A stretch of DNA of 64,000 nucleotides from Sedimentisphaerales bacterium (GCA_963663805.2 CAXXMR010000013.1:192001-256000); one strand, 5' to 3'. Shown: positions 50,558-61,967, counted from the stretch's first letter. Notes: generated from the letters alone by a model not told the origin. Numbers and translations: made by a program.

Positions 50558-52255
50558 ATGTTTCGGCATCACAATATTTATCTTTTACTTCTGGTTTTTA
50601 TGGCATGGCCTGTGTTGGCAGGTGCGGAAACCTATTATGTGAACGACCTTACGGGCAATGACAGTTGGATGGGAACCTTTCCCGACCTCAACGCTCAGCT
50701 GGGGCCCAAAAAAACTATCCAGGCCGCCATTAACATGGCCCAAGATGGCGATACCGTGGTCGTGGCTGATGGAATTTATTCCGGTTCTGGCAATTATGAT
50801 TTGGATTTTAGTGCCTCTCTTATAAATGATGCTCGCAGCTTGACCCTGGTTAGTGCCAATGGCCCCCAGTCTTGTATCATAGATTGTCTATCAGTGGGAC
50901 GTGGTTTCTGGTTTGTAAGTGGTGAGTCCCGCCAGGCTGTTTTGGATGGGTTTACGATTCGCAACGGTGTTGGCTATGAAGAGCTGGTTGGTTCGTCCAT
51001 TCGTCCGGCGGGGGGGGGCATTTTTTGTTGCGACAGCAGTCCTACAATTAAAAACTGTATCGTACAGCAAAATTGGTTGGGCATTTTGGGAGTCGGTGCC
51101 GGTATTTACTGTTATGGTAATTCAAGCCCGTTAATAGTCGGTTGCGTCATTACTAAAAACCGGGCCGGCATATTCGGGGCCGGCGGGGGCATATATTGTG
51201 GTGGTGATAATTGTCGACTCACGATTAGCAACTGCCGGATAACAGCTAATACCGGAGGGATGGCCGGCGGGGCGGTTTTTGCGATTAATCAGGGCTGTTA
51301 TCCTGAGCTTCAGCAAACTTTGATTGCCGGCAATTCCGCTGGTGAAGGTGCGGGAATCTGTCTTTGGGAATTCGCCCAGGCTGACATTGTAAATAGTACA
51401 ATTACAGAAAATGTCGCAGATTATGGCGGTGCCCTGCGTTGCCAAAATAGTAATGTCCAAATCAATAACAGCATCCTGTGGAATAATCAGGCTCAAAGCG
51501 AGACAGGAGCCGAAATTTCTCTGGAATGTGACACCGGCCAATCATGTAATTGTAATATAAGCTATTCCATTCTCGCCGGGGGAACAAACCAGGTAAGCCT
51601 TGGCACTGAATGCTTGCTGGTCGCGACGGAAATTTTGGATACGGACCCATTATTTGCCGCTGTCGGCACCAGCCAGTCTGCGGAATGGAGTGCCGGCGAT
51701 TACCATCTCCGCTCTGAGAATGGCCGCTATGATTCGCAGGCTCTGAATCGTTGCGATTTTAGTGGTGACGGAAAAATCCAGCTGGAAGATTTTGCGATTC
51801 TCGCGGCAAATTGGCAAGTAACTTCCGAAACTCTAACGCCGGACCTTAATCGTGACCAGATTGTAGATATTGCAGACTTCAGGGTATTTTCGAGGGGCTT
51901 ATGGGGCCCCAGGCAAAATCGTGGCTGGTGGTTCAATGATACCATTGACAGTCCCGCGCTCGATGCCGGACCCGTCGAATCGCCTTGGCACAATGAGCTT
52001 TGGCCCCACGGGCAGCGTATAAATCTTGGTGCTTATGGCAATACCCCGCAAGCGTCAGGTTCGCCCAATCATATTGGAAACGTTGCCGATACTAATCTGG
52101 ACAACATCGTAAATAATGATGATTTGTTAAGTTGGGCCGGGCTTTGGCTGGTATGTCAGGACCTTTTGGCCCATGATTTCAATCGGGATGGTAAAGTAAA
52201 TCTATTAGATTGGGCCATCCTGAATAATAACTGGCTTTGGGCTGACCTTGATTGA
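50558..52255 (+). CDS. Secreted right-handed beta-helix protein with dockerin/EF-hand-like repeats
   Basis: Signal peptide; TIQAAI..A.DGD; GGGIYC repeats; D.N.DG.V...D motifs. Confidence 0.85.
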   Translation: MFRHHNIYLLLLVFMAWPVLAGAETYYVNDLTGNDSWMGTFPDLNAQLGPKKTIQAAINMAQDGDTVVVADGIYSGSGNYDLDFSASLINDARSLTLVSANGPQSCIIDCLSVGRGFWFVSGESRQAVLDGFTIRNGVGYEELVGSSIRPAGGGIFCCDSSPTIKNCIVQQNWLGILGVGAGIYCYGNSSPLIVGCVITKNRAGIFGAGGGIYCGGDNCRLTISNCRITANTGGMAGGAVFAINQGCYPELQQTLIAGNSAGEGAGICLWEFAQADIVNSTITENVADYGGALRCQNSNVQINNSILWNNQAQSETGAEISLECDTGQSCNCNISYSILAGGTNQVSLGTECLLVATEILDTDPLFAAVGTSQSAEWSAGDYHLRSENGRYDSQALNRCDFSGDGKIQLEDFAILAANWQVTSETLTPDLNRDQIVDIADFRVFSRGLWGPRQNRGWWFNDTIDSPALDAGPVESPWHNELWPHGQRINLGAYGNTPQASGSPNHIGNVADTNLDNIVNNDDLLSWAGLWLVCQDLLAHDFNRDGKVNLLDWAILNNNWLWADLD

Positions 52256-52618
52256 CAGTCCTGAGTTTCTTTTTCCAAGTCTCATCATAGCGTGAAGCCT
52301 GCCATCTTCCTTTTTTATTCAGATTTTCCGAAAGTGCTGTATGCTATCTTGACGATGCTGGCTAAGTAATTGGTTTGACATGTCGGGCTGAATTTGGTAG
52401 TCTGAGTGTGCTTTGAGGAGTGTGCGGCTTGGTCATCTTGATTCGCGTCATCGAAGTAGTACGTTAATTCTCCGGAACAGTTTAATTCATTCTGATTACA
52501 CCAAGTGGGGGTTTGTGGGTAATTAGCCCGCCCTGAGTTAACTGTATCAAAAAAAAGAGGTTGTTGTAGTTGTTGTATAGCGTTTTTCGCGAGAATCGGG
52601 AAACAAAGAGGAGAAAAT

Positions 52619-54568
52619 ATGGTGGTAAGCACGTCTGCCCTGAGGAATTTCTCAGGGCCAGAGGGGATGGTCGGCAGGATGTTGTTTGTCGGGATTTTGC
52701 TGTTGATTGCGGCTTATGTCAATTCCGCAAAAGCCGAACTCAATCCCCAGGATTTGTTGCTGGTCATTAATTCGCAAAGTCCTACAAGCTGTTACATAGG
52801 ACAGCTTTATCGTCAGTATTACCCCGGGATTACTGATAGCCAGATAGTTTATCTTGATGGTATTCCAGACAGCAGTGGGCTGGCCAGTACTGCCAATGAC
52901 GAGATTATTTCGCGTGCCGATTTCAATAGCCTTATCGCCGAGCCCATCCGCAATTATTTGACAAGCAACAACATGGTGAATTCTACCAAGGCCATAATAA
53001 CGACAGCGGGTCTGCCATATAAAATTGAAGATACAAACTATTCTAATATTGTCCAGCCCGCCGCCGCCGGCAGTTATTCCTCTGCCCAGATTGGTTATAT
53101 TGATGCTGCCTCGGTTGAGTCTGAACTTGCGGTACTTTTTCAGATTGACCCAACTTCCGGCTCACCATTACCAACTTATGACCGTGTTGTAAATCCTTAT
53201 CAGGGATACCGTAGTGGGATTGATTGTTTTGAACGTGATATACTTAACCGGCGAGATGATATGAACTGGTCCTATCTGCGCCGCATGAGTCCCAGCCACA
53301 ACCCACCTATGATGGAAGGGCAGCGGGGTGATTACAACGAAAGTCATCTGAGTAATGTAGGCAAAAAAGACCGTCTGTTTTCCGCTGCTGATATTTACCT
53401 TACTTGTCGCCTGGATGGTCCAAAAGAGCAGGGCCAAAGTGCTATTTTCGCCGTACATGATATGCTCGAAAGATCACGCCGGGCATCTTCAACCGAATAT
53501 GGCATTAACGCCGCTGGGGCTGCGGTGATTCTGGACGATTCGCCGGGAACATTAAATCTAAACAATAACCGGATTTATAATCTTGACCAGGGTGTGCCCT
53601 ATCTGGTCTATGACCCAGAAAACCCCAATCCGCCTGACACCGTTAATATTGAACAGCGAGATGATTTCGAGTCTGGTTTCTGCCAGATGACCGGAGCGAT
53701 GGCTGAGGCCGACACTTTGAATTCTGCCCTGATGCCTTCCGCGCATGGAGTCAATGTGCTATTAGATGCCAGAGGCACCTGCCGCACCAGCCAGAGTGAT
53801 TTATCATTCGGGCAAGCTGTTGTCGGGCTTAGCACTTTTGGCCGAAACGGTGATGAAGGCGACTCCAGTAACTATCTGCTGAATGAGGGCGATGATTCAA
53901 GTGCTTTGTTTGAATTGTGTTATGGCTCGGTATACGCATCTTTCGAAAGTTACAATGCGGTGACCTTGTTTTCAGATATTGATACCAGCCAGTCGCTGAT
54001 AGGCGATTTCCTGGAAATTGGCGGCAGTGCTGCCTTGGGGCATGCTTTTGAGCCCTATTCCGATGCCGCGATCGATACCGAGTTTCTGTTTTATAACCTT
54101 TTGGCGGACAATGATAGCGATGGTTACGCCGATATGACCTTTTTAGAGGCCGCGTTTTCGGCTTTACCATATTTGAGCTGGTCCGAGGTAATTCTGGGTG
54201 ACCCGCTGATGCAAATAGCCTATGGTGATGGCGGGGTTTCGTCTTCATGTCGGTTGCTCGGCGATATTAACCTCGACGGTATTGTGACCGAGCAGGATCT
54301 GATTATGGCTAGTAATTCGTTGGGCTTTGGGTTTGGCGAATTTGGATACAATGATTTAGCTGACATAAATCGTGATTATAAAGTGAGTTATTACGATTTA
54401 TGGCTCATCGGCGAAAATCTCGGAGCCTATACCAGTACCCAGAAAGTACTCTCGCAAGTCATTCTGCCCGAGCCAGCGACTATTATCATGATGATTATGG
54501 GCTTACCGGTAGTCAGAGCACGGAAAAAAAGTCAGATAATTAACCAGTATTCTGTCAGAATCACTTGA
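52619..54568 (+). CDS. Secreted TIGR03790-like protein with dockerin-like domain and PEP-CTERM tail
   Basis: LLVIN, RLDG, GHAFEPY and ILGDPL motifs; GDINLDG; LPEPATI.. followed by a basic tail. Confidence 0.75.
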   Translation: MVVSTSALRNFSGPEGMVGRMLFVGILLLIAAYVNSAKAELNPQDLLLVINSQSPTSCYIGQLYRQYYPGITDSQIVYLDGIPDSSGLASTANDEIISRADFNSLIAEPIRNYLTSNNMVNSTKAIITTAGLPYKIEDTNYSNIVQPAAAGSYSSAQIGYIDAASVESELAVLFQIDPTSGSPLPTYDRVVNPYQGYRSGIDCFERDILNRRDDMNWSYLRRMSPSHNPPMMEGQRGDYNESHLSNVGKKDRLFSAADIYLTCRLDGPKEQGQSAIFAVHDMLERSRRASSTEYGINAAGAAVILDDSPGTLNLNNNRIYNLDQGVPYLVYDPENPNPPDTVNIEQRDDFESGFCQMTGAMAEADTLNSALMPSAHGVNVLLDARGTCRTSQSDLSFGQAVVGLSTFGRNGDEGDSSNYLLNEGDDSSALFELCYGSVYASFESYNAVTLFSDIDTSQSLIGDFLEIGGSAALGHAFEPYSDAAIDTEFLFYNLLADNDSDGYADMTFLEAAFSALPYLSWSEVILGDPLMQIAYGDGGVSSSCRLLGDINLDGIVTEQDLIMASNSLGFGFGEFGYNDLADINRDYKVSYYDLWLIGENLGAYTSTQKVLSQVILPEPATIIMMIMGLPVVRARKKSQIINQYSVRIT

Positions 54569-54737
54569 CTTTCTAAGGGTTTCCCAGTACTATTAAGGCG
54601 TAGGTATCGTATAACATTCAATGAGAGAGAGACGGCCGGTGTCGGTTTGTCTCTCTTTTTTATTGGGTTTTCTGTTCTTTAGAGTTGCGAAAGGTCTTGA
54701 GAAGGGTCGAGAAAACAAATTTTAGGAGGATGGCCCA

Positions 54738-55478
54738 ATGAGGTTTACTTGTTCTTTGCTTTGCCTGGCTTTGGTGGCTGTTTTGGGAGTTCCCATTCAG
54801 GCTGTGGAATCCGTCGGCGACATTCAGTTTTCGTTGTTTGGTGGTGATGCTTTCTTGTCGCCGGGATTTACGTTTGCCAGCGGAGAGTTCGGGCTTTTTG
54901 AGGATGCCGGCGGTGACATGGGGACTGTTTCGGGCCAGATACGCAAGTCCACGACTTTTGGATATTACGATTATCAAATTCGCGGCGGCTCTATCAGTCT
55001 TACTCCGTGTGAGTTGCTGGCTGACCAGAGCTACAGTGCCGGCGGGTTAAACCCTGATATTGCCAAGGGGATTTTTAGCGGCGGTGCTGTTGTCTTGACG
55101 ATTACCGGAGCGGTGACTACCCCTGGGGCTGCCTCTGTAATTATTCCGGACACCACGTTGTTAGTGGCAGAAGTTACAGCTGACTTTGTTGCCCATGAGG
55201 AGGAAGGTTTTCCTCCAAATGTGATTGATGCCCAGTTGACCCTGAATGTTATTGGCGGCACACTTTGGGACGGTGACATTTTGAATATTTATCCTCAGAT
55301 TGTCGCGGATATTACCTTATTAAATTGTTCTCAGCCCAGCGGGCAAGGGAGTAATGTCGCGAATTTTCAAGACGATATTAGTTATAACTTGAGTTCAGTG
55401 CAGATCTACCCCGTGCCCGAACCTTTAACTGCAATGTTGCTGGTATGCGGCCTCTTGGCGGTAAAACGCAGGCGTTAA
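54738..55478 (+). CDS. PEP-CTERM protein
   Basis: Signal peptide; ends VPEPLTAMLLVCGLLAVKRRR. Confidence 0.88.
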   Translation: MRFTCSLLCLALVAVLGVPIQAVESVGDIQFSLFGGDAFLSPGFTFASGEFGLFEDAGGDMGTVSGQIRKSTTFGYYDYQIRGGSISLTPCELLADQSYSAGGLNPDIAKGIFSGGAVVLTITGAVTTPGAASVIIPDTTLLVAEVTADFVAHEEEGFPPNVIDAQLTLNVIGGTLWDGDILNIYPQIVADITLLNCSQPSGQGSNVANFQDDISYNLSSVQIYPVPEPLTAMLLVCGLLAVKRRR

Positions 55479-55606
55479 AACAAGCTGTGTTGTGTTGATT
55501 GTGTGTGAGGCTTGTTAGTTTATACTATTTTGTGTTTGGATGAGTAATATTTAGACCTGTTAGGGAAAGTTTATTCAGGTATTGATTTTCTACAAGGAGA
55601 AGGAAA

Positions 55607-56287
55607 ATGCGAATTATTCTGCTTTTGGCTGTTAGCCTTCTAATGGCTTTTTCCGGTATAGCTTTCGCGAATACTGACGTCGAGCTTATCGAGGTTATTT
55701 TTAACGTAGGTCTTTTCAGCGAGTTTGATGCCAACGGGGGGACTGGCGGCGATGGCCTGCAACACATGGAAGGGGTCAGCGGAGCCTATGTCTACTCCGA
55801 CGGCATGACCAATGTAAGAACTTTTAACAATACTTCGGTCTCTCTGGATGTTTGGGGTATGAACGATTATTCATCGGGCGGCGTCGCGGGTGCTTATTTT
55901 TCCGATGGGAATTGGTCGGTAACCCTTTTTGACGACCAAAGTAATTCAGTCCTCTCTATCAGTGGAACCGTAGATTGGTATGAAGAACTCGAAACCGACA
56001 CAAATGCCGTCGATGGCCGCGGGATTGTCTCTATCTTGCCTTCTACGGTGCATGTCGATCATGGCTATTGGGGACAAAACGCACGCTGGGCTTCTAACAA
56101 CAATAAAAGCGGTATCCAGACCAAGATATCCAACATAACCCCTCTGCCCCTGACAGATTATCAGTCCGATTGGCAGTCCACGAACGTCCGGTTGCTTATC
56201 TGGGCTGACTCCAGCCAGATTCCTGAACCGCTGACCTTGGTATTTCTGAGCTCCGGCCTATTATTTGTGCGGCGCAGAAAACGCTAA
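55607..56287 (+). CDS. PEP-CTERM protein
   Basis: Signal peptide; ends IPEPLTLVFLSSGLLFVRRRKR. Confidence 0.88.
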   Translation: MRIILLLAVSLLMAFSGIAFANTDVELIEVIFNVGLFSEFDANGGTGGDGLQHMEGVSGAYVYSDGMTNVRTFNNTSVSLDVWGMNDYSSGGVAGAYFSDGNWSVTLFDDQSNSVLSISGTVDWYEELETDTNAVDGRGIVSILPSTVHVDHGYWGQNARWASNNNKSGIQTKISNITPLPLTDYQSDWQSTNVRLLIWADSSQIPEPLTLVFLSSGLLFVRRRKR

Positions 56288-56365
56288 TATTCCTGTAACG
56301 CATTACCCGATTCACTAGAGGTGTCGCTCGACGGATGGAGGAAAGTCTGTCGGCGGCGCCTTTTT

Positions 56366-56836
56366 TTAATACCAGATATCAGAAGGTAATTCTCCAGGCT
56401 TCAGCGGCTTGAGCGAAAGGGTGAAACCTTCGCCGCCGAACAGGATTTCCGTCAACTTCTCGACATCCAGAGGTTTATTGATAAAGCCGTCAGCCTGCAA
56501 ATCATAGCATTTCTGGACATAGCGTTCATCAATAGAAGCTGTCAAAACCACCACCGGAATCGATGCCAGCTTCGAGTCGTTTTTGATTGCCCGAAGAATC
56601 TCCCAACCATTTGCCCCGGGCAGAGTTATATCGAGCAATATCAGGTCCGGCAGAGCCTTTTGTTTGGAGTCTCGCAGAACTACCATCGCCTGACCGCCAT
56701 CCACAGCGACCTGGAGTTGTACATCAAATTTGCTGTTTTTGACAGCCATTTCAGTAAGGCGTATACTGCCCGGGTCATCTTCGACCAAGAGAATATTTCG
56801 CACCTGGACACTTTCTGATGTTTGGGCCTTGTCCAT
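56366..56836 (-). CDS. Single-domain response regulator
   Basis: ILLVEDD, PDLILLD, PVVVLT and FINKP motifs. Confidence 0.9.
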   Translation of the reverse strand: MDKAQTSESVQVRNILLVEDDPGSIRLTEMAVKNSKFDVQLQVAVDGGQAMVVLRDSKQKALPDLILLDITLPGANGWEILRAIKNDSKLASIPVVVLTASIDERYVQKCYDLQADGFINKPLDVEKLTEILFGGEGFTLSLKPLKPGELPSDIWY

Positions 56837-57123
56837 ACCACAGTCGTCCCTTGCATAAAAATCCAAGCTTATTGTCCGAAAAAATCATTCCTTCCTCTAT
56901 ACTATTATGTTACCCGAAATTGTTTCAAGTCAAGTTTTCCGCATTTTTTATATGAAAAATATTAACCGTTCATATAAGGCCCGCCCGCGACTATGCTTAG
57001 GTAATACCAGTTGCCGGTTGGTTATTTGCCTAAAATCAAGTCCTGATAAATATAGCTTGACTTACCAAAAAACTTTGCGGACCATAAACAAGGTTTTATT
57101 GGAGCTACCAGATTGGAGATAAC

Positions 57124-58596
57124 ATGAAAGCTGTGATGGTAATGTTCGATTCGCTTAATCGCCACATGCTCAGTCCTTATGGTTGCGATTGGGCCCACAC
57201 CCCTAATTTTCAACGTCTTGCCCGGAAGACCGTGACGTTTACCAATTCTTTTATCGGAAGTATGCCCTGTATGCCCGCCCGTCGCGAAATCCACACCGGC
57301 CGGTATAATTTCCTCCATCGCAGTTGGGGCCCGATAGAACCTTTCGATGATTCCATGCCCGAAATTCTCAAAAACAACGGTATTACGACTCACCTCATCA
57401 GCGACCATTACCATTACTGGGAAGATGGCGGCTGTACCTATCATCCTCGCTACAGCAGTTGGGAAATCTCGCGGGGACAGGAAGGTGACCCCTGGAAATG
57501 TCACCTGCCCGATAATATTGATATTCCCGAAAGCCTAAACGGTGACCGCGGCACCTGGGGCCGACAGGACTGGGTCAACCGTCATTACATGAAGGACATC
57601 AAAGACCAGCCCCAGCCCACAACTTTCCGTCTGGGGTTGGAATTCCTCGAAACCAACCATAACTCTGACAACTGGTTCCTGACTATCGAAACTTTCGACC
57701 CGCACGAACCATATTTCTCTGACCAGAAATATAAAGACCTCTACCCCAGCGACTATAAAGGCTCGCATTGGGACTGGCCTCCTTATGAACCGGTCAGCCA
57801 GACCAGAGAGCAGGTCAAACATATGCGTCGGGAAAATGCCGCGCTTGTGAGTATGTGTGACGAGCATCTCGGCAAAGTTCTTGATTTCTTCGATGAACAT
57901 AATATGTGGGATGATACCCTGCTCATCGTTAATACCGACCACGGTTTCCTGCTCGGCGAAAGAGAAGCCTGGGGTAAATGCTGGTTCCCGTTCTATAATG
58001 AAATCGCCCACACCCCGCTTTTCATTTGGGACCCCCGTTGTCGCCGTGCCGACCAGGAGTCTCCCGCATTGGTCCAGACTATCGACCTTGCCCCCACGCT
58101 GCTTGATTATTTCAATGTTCCCATTCCGCCGGATATGCAGGGCTCGCCGCTTAAAGACGCCATCGCGCATGATACCCCAGTTCACGACGCTATTATCTTC
58201 GGCATTCATGGCGGGCATGTCAACTGCACCGATGGCCGTTACCTCTACATGCGCGGCCCCAAAGATGAATCAAATTCCCCGCTCTATGAATACACTCTGA
58301 TGCCCACCCACATGCGTGGCAGATTTTTTGTCGAAGAATTGCAGGACATTCAACTCGCGGAACCGTTTACGTTCACCAAAGGCTGTCGCACCATGAAAAT
58401 TGCTTATGGCCGCAAATCCTTCAACTACAGCTTCTTCAAATACGGCACAATGCTATTCGACCTCGAAAACGACCCCAAACAGGAAACCCCCATCCAGAAC
58501 CCCCAAATCGAAAAAATGATGACAGACCACCTCTGCCGCCTCATGAAAGAAAACGACGCGCCGTCCGAACAATTTCAACGCCTGGGCCTGATTTGA
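57124..58596 (+). CDS. Sulfatase
   Basis: CMPARR formylglycine motif; DPHEP and TDHG motifs. Confidence 0.92.
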   Translation: MKAVMVMFDSLNRHMLSPYGCDWAHTPNFQRLARKTVTFTNSFIGSMPCMPARREIHTGRYNFLHRSWGPIEPFDDSMPEILKNNGITTHLISDHYHYWEDGGCTYHPRYSSWEISRGQEGDPWKCHLPDNIDIPESLNGDRGTWGRQDWVNRHYMKDIKDQPQPTTFRLGLEFLETNHNSDNWFLTIETFDPHEPYFSDQKYKDLYPSDYKGSHWDWPPYEPVSQTREQVKHMRRENAALVSMCDEHLGKVLDFFDEHNMWDDTLLIVNTDHGFLLGEREAWGKCWFPFYNEIAHTPLFIWDPRCRRADQESPALVQTIDLAPTLLDYFNVPIPPDMQGSPLKDAIAHDTPVHDAIIFGIHGGHVNCTDGRYLYMRGPKDESNSPLYEYTLMPTHMRGRFFVEELQDIQLAEPFTFTKGCRTMKIAYGRKSFNYSFFKYGTMLFDLENDPKQETPIQNPQIEKMMTDHLCRLMKENDAPSEQFQRLGLI

Positions 58597-58608
58597 ATAT
58601 AACCCGTG

Positions 58609-59874
58609 TTATTCCGCTTCGCGCCTGATCTTCGCGCCCACAGCATTGAGTTTTTCCTCAATGCGTTCATAGCCGCGGTCGATGTGGTAGACACGATTTA
58701 CAATTGTCGTACCTTCCGCTGCCATACCAGCCAAAACCAACGCCGCCGAAGCTCTTAAATCCGAAGCCATCACTGGTGCCGCTATCAGTCGCTTCACACC
58801 CGATACAATAACCGTAGGCCCTTCCTTACGCAGATTAGCCGCCATACGATTCAATTCCGGCACATGCATAAAACGGTCCGGAAAAATTTTCTCCGTGATT
58901 ATACTATTGCCGTCCGCTAGACAAAGTAACGCTATCAACTGAGCCTGCAAATCCGTCGGAAAACCCGGATAAGGCTGAGTTGTAACATCCGTCGGATTAA
59001 GCCGACGCGCCGAACTAACCCTGACCGCCCCCTCCAGCTTTTCGATTTCAACCCCGATGCCCTTTAGTCGGTCTATCACCGCCATCAGATGTTCCGTCCG
59101 GCAATTTTTGATTATCAGCTCACCGTTAGTAATCGCCGCTGCGACCATAAACGTACCCGCCTCGATACGGTCCGGTATCACTTCATGTTTTGTGCCGTGC
59201 ATTTCCTCCACGCCCTCAATCGTAATCCGCGGTGTACCATGCCCGCTGATTTTTCCACCCATACTGTTCAGGAAATCTCCCAGGTCAATAATTTCCGGTT
59301 CACACGCCGCCGCTTCGATAACCGTTTGTCCCTTGGCCAGACAAGCCGCCGTCATCACATTAGCTGTCCCTAGTACTGTACTGCCGAAAGGCCCACCCAG
59401 AAAAATCTCCGTACCTTCCAGCCGCCCGCAATCCGCCACCACATACCCGCCCTCTAGCTCCAGCTTCGCCCCCAACGCCTCCATTCCCCGCAAGTGCAGA
59501 TTGATTGGCCGGTCGCCTATCGCACACCCGCCCGGCATACTAACTTTCGCTTCACCTCGCTTGGCCAGCAGCGGCCCCAAAACGCAAATACTCGCCCGCA
59601 TCCGCCGCACGCTTTCATAATCCGCCAGACACTTGCCCTCATCCACAACTTTGATATGCATTGCCCCCTCATCATCCCGCTCGACCTCAGCCCCCAGCTC
59701 CCGCATCAGCGTCATCAAATGCCGCACATCCGCCAAATCAGGTACGCCACAAAGCACCGTCTCGTCCGTACTCAATAAAGCCGCCGCCATTATCGGCAAA
59801 GCCGCGTTCTTCGACCCGCTCAACTCAATTTCACCCCGCAATCGGGTACCGCCTTCAATTACCAGCCTATCCAT
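58609..59874 (-). CDS. murA: UDP-N-acetylglucosamine 1-carboxyvinyltransferase
   Basis: SGSKNAALP, MRAS, PGGCAIG.RP, PGFPTDLQ, ASDLRA and HIDRGY motifs. Confidence 0.97.
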   Translation of the reverse strand: MDRLVIEGGTRLRGEIELSGSKNAALPIMAAALLSTDETVLCGVPDLADVRHLMTLMRELGAEVERDDEGAMHIKVVDEGKCLADYESVRRMRASICVLGPLLAKRGEAKVSMPGGCAIGDRPINLHLRGMEALGAKLELEGGYVVADCGRLEGTEIFLGGPFGSTVLGTANVMTAACLAKGQTVIEAAACEPEIIDLGDFLNSMGGKISGHGTPRITIEGVEEMHGTKHEVIPDRIEAGTFMVAAAITNGELIIKNCRTEHLMAVIDRLKGIGVEIEKLEGAVRVSSARRLNPTDVTTQPYPGFPTDLQAQLIALLCLADGNSIITEKIFPDRFMHVPELNRMAANLRKEGPTVIVSGVKRLIAAPVMASDLRASAALVLAGMAAEGTTIVNRVYHIDRGYERIEEKLNAVGAKIRREAE

Positions 59875-59886
59875 GTTTCACCTTGT

Positions 59887-60777
59887 TCAAACTTTACGCC
59901 CCGCAACAACCCGTTCGTATCCCTGAAAATCCTTTATCGTCCGCACCTCGCCCAGATACCCCGATTTTGTCATCAGCTCAGCCGTCTTTTTCCCCTGGTC
60001 ATAGCCCACCTCCAGCATCATGGCCCCGCCCTCAGCCAGAAACTCGCCACCCTCAGCTATTATCCGCCGCACCACGTCCAGCCCATCCTCACCACCCAGC
60101 AACGCCTCTGGCGGTTCATGCCGGACATTTGCGTCCAGCTTCGCGTAATCCCTGGCGTTTATATAGGGCGGATTAGCGGTAATCAAATCGAACAAACACT
60201 TACCGGACTTTGACACCTCACCAAATAAATCACTTTCGACCAGACTAACCCGTCCCTCAACCTCATGCCGGGCCGCATTTCGACCCGCCACCTCCAACGC
60301 AGCACCGCTTTTATCCGAACCCACCACCTCAGCTTCGATGACATTAACCCCAATAGCGACCGCCACGCACCCGCTGCCTGTACAAAGATCCAGAACCTCC
60401 GGTCGGGGCCGCTTAAAATCCTGCCTCAGAAACTTAATTCCTTGCTCCACAAGAACTTCAGTTTCTGGACGTGGAATCAGCACCGCTGGCCCCACCTCAA
60501 ATTCCAGCCCATAAAAATGAGCCTTGCCCGTCAGATACCCAATCGGCTCATGCCCCGCGCACCGCCGTACTAAATCCCGAAACCCACCCAGTTCTGACTG
60601 TTCCGGGCAGTGGTCAAACTTTACGTAAAGATCAATACGTTGCCACTTAAGTACATCTGCTAAAAGAAGTTCCGAACATAGACGAGGTTCTTCCACACCC
60701 GCCTTGCCCAGATAATCACTGGTCCATTCCAGCAGTCGTTTAGTAGTCCATTTCTCATTTTGCTGCGTCCCTGCCAT
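59887..60777 (-). CDS. prmC: Release factor glutamine methyltransferase
   Basis: VLIPRPETE, LDLCTGSG and NPPY motifs. Confidence 0.95.
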   Translation of the reverse strand: MAGTQQNEKWTTKRLLEWTSDYLGKAGVEEPRLCSELLLADVLKWQRIDLYVKFDHCPEQSELGGFRDLVRRCAGHEPIGYLTGKAHFYGLEFEVGPAVLIPRPETEVLVEQGIKFLRQDFKRPRPEVLDLCTGSGCVAVAIGVNVIEAEVVGSDKSGAALEVAGRNAARHEVEGRVSLVESDLFGEVSKSGKCLFDLITANPPYINARDYAKLDANVRHEPPEALLGGEDGLDVVRRIIAEGGEFLAEGGAMMLEVGYDQGKKTAELMTKSGYLGEVRTIKDFQGYERVVAGRKV

Positions 60778-60940
60778 GTCTGCTTCATACCACATTTGCC
60801 AGTCTACAGCAAGCTCATTCTCACTTGCCAACCCCCCTAAATCTCGCTACCTTAGTAAGTTGTATGTCCAAAATGCCGATATATCAGTAACATCCGGCCC
60901 GAAGTTGAGGCCGGCCCCAAAAATCGAATTAGGCGGAACA

Positions 60941-61921
60941 ATGGCAAAAAAAATCACCATCATGTTTTCCTGCATCGGCAGACGTGTCAGTCTCTTACGA
61001 AGTTTTCGCCAGGCCGCCCAGAAGCTAGGTCTTGATTGTCGCATAATTGGCACCGATACCCGCCAAACATCACCAGCTCTCCACTGCTGTGACCAGAAAT
61101 ATGTCGTTAGACCGGTAAAAGAACGGGGATACGCTGCCGAAATAACCCGCATTATCCAGAAAGAAAAAGTCGACCTGCTCGTTCCTACCGTAGACCTCGA
61201 CCTGGCAATTTGGGCTCGGCAAAACGCTCAACTCAAAAAAGTCGGTTGCACCGTACTCATCTCCAAACCGGGCGTTATCAAAATCTGTCAGGACAAACGC
61301 CTCACCTTTGATTTCCTCAAAAAACACGATTTTGGCACACCATGCACCCTGACTCCTCAGCAAGCTCTCAAGGAAAAAAAATTTCCCTATTTCCTCAAGC
61401 CCTGGGACGGCCACGCCAGCCGTGGCAACGCACTGGTAAATGACCTGGAAGAATTAAAATTTTACGCCAAACGTATTCCAAACTGTCTTGTCCAGGAATT
61501 TATCGACGGGCAGGAACATACCGTTGATGTCCTGATAGATTTCGATGGTGAAATTCGCTGCATAGTTCCTCGCCGACGCATCGAAACTCGCTCCGGCGAA
61601 GTCAGCAAAGGAATAACCGCCAAAAATCCCATCGTCATCCAACAGTGTAAAGAACTCATCGAAGCTCTCGCCGCCGGCCCCGGTGTCGTTACTATCCAAT
61701 GTTTCGTTACACTTGAAAACAAAGTCAAATTCATCGAGATTAACCCCCGCTTCGGCGGTGGCGTACCCTTATCAATCAAAGCCGGAGCAAACTTTCCCCG
61801 CTGGATTATCCAGTGGTGGCTCGGGCAAAATCCCAAAATCAAACCCGACGCCTGGCAGGACAACCTGCTCATGCTCCGCTACGATGACGCCGTTTGGGTT
61901 CCAAACAAAGGAACAAGCTAA
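60941..61921 (+). CDS. ATP-grasp domain protein (carbamoyl-phosphate-synthase-like)
   Basis: DK, KPWDGHAS, VQEFI.G.E and IEINPRFGGG motifs. Confidence 0.88.
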   Translation: MAKKITIMFSCIGRRVSLLRSFRQAAQKLGLDCRIIGTDTRQTSPALHCCDQKYVVRPVKERGYAAEITRIIQKEKVDLLVPTVDLDLAIWARQNAQLKKVGCTVLISKPGVIKICQDKRLTFDFLKKHDFGTPCTLTPQQALKEKKFPYFLKPWDGHASRGNALVNDLEELKFYAKRIPNCLVQEFIDGQEHTVDVLIDFDGEIRCIVPRRRIETRSGEVSKGITAKNPIVIQQCKELIEALAAGPGVVTIQCFVTLENKVKFIEINPRFGGGVPLSIKAGANFPRWIIQWWLGQNPKIKPDAWQDNLLMLRYDDAVWVPNKGTS

Positions 61922-61967
61922 ACGTAACTATTTGCCTTCTCCTCCTTAATAATACGAGAACAAAATA

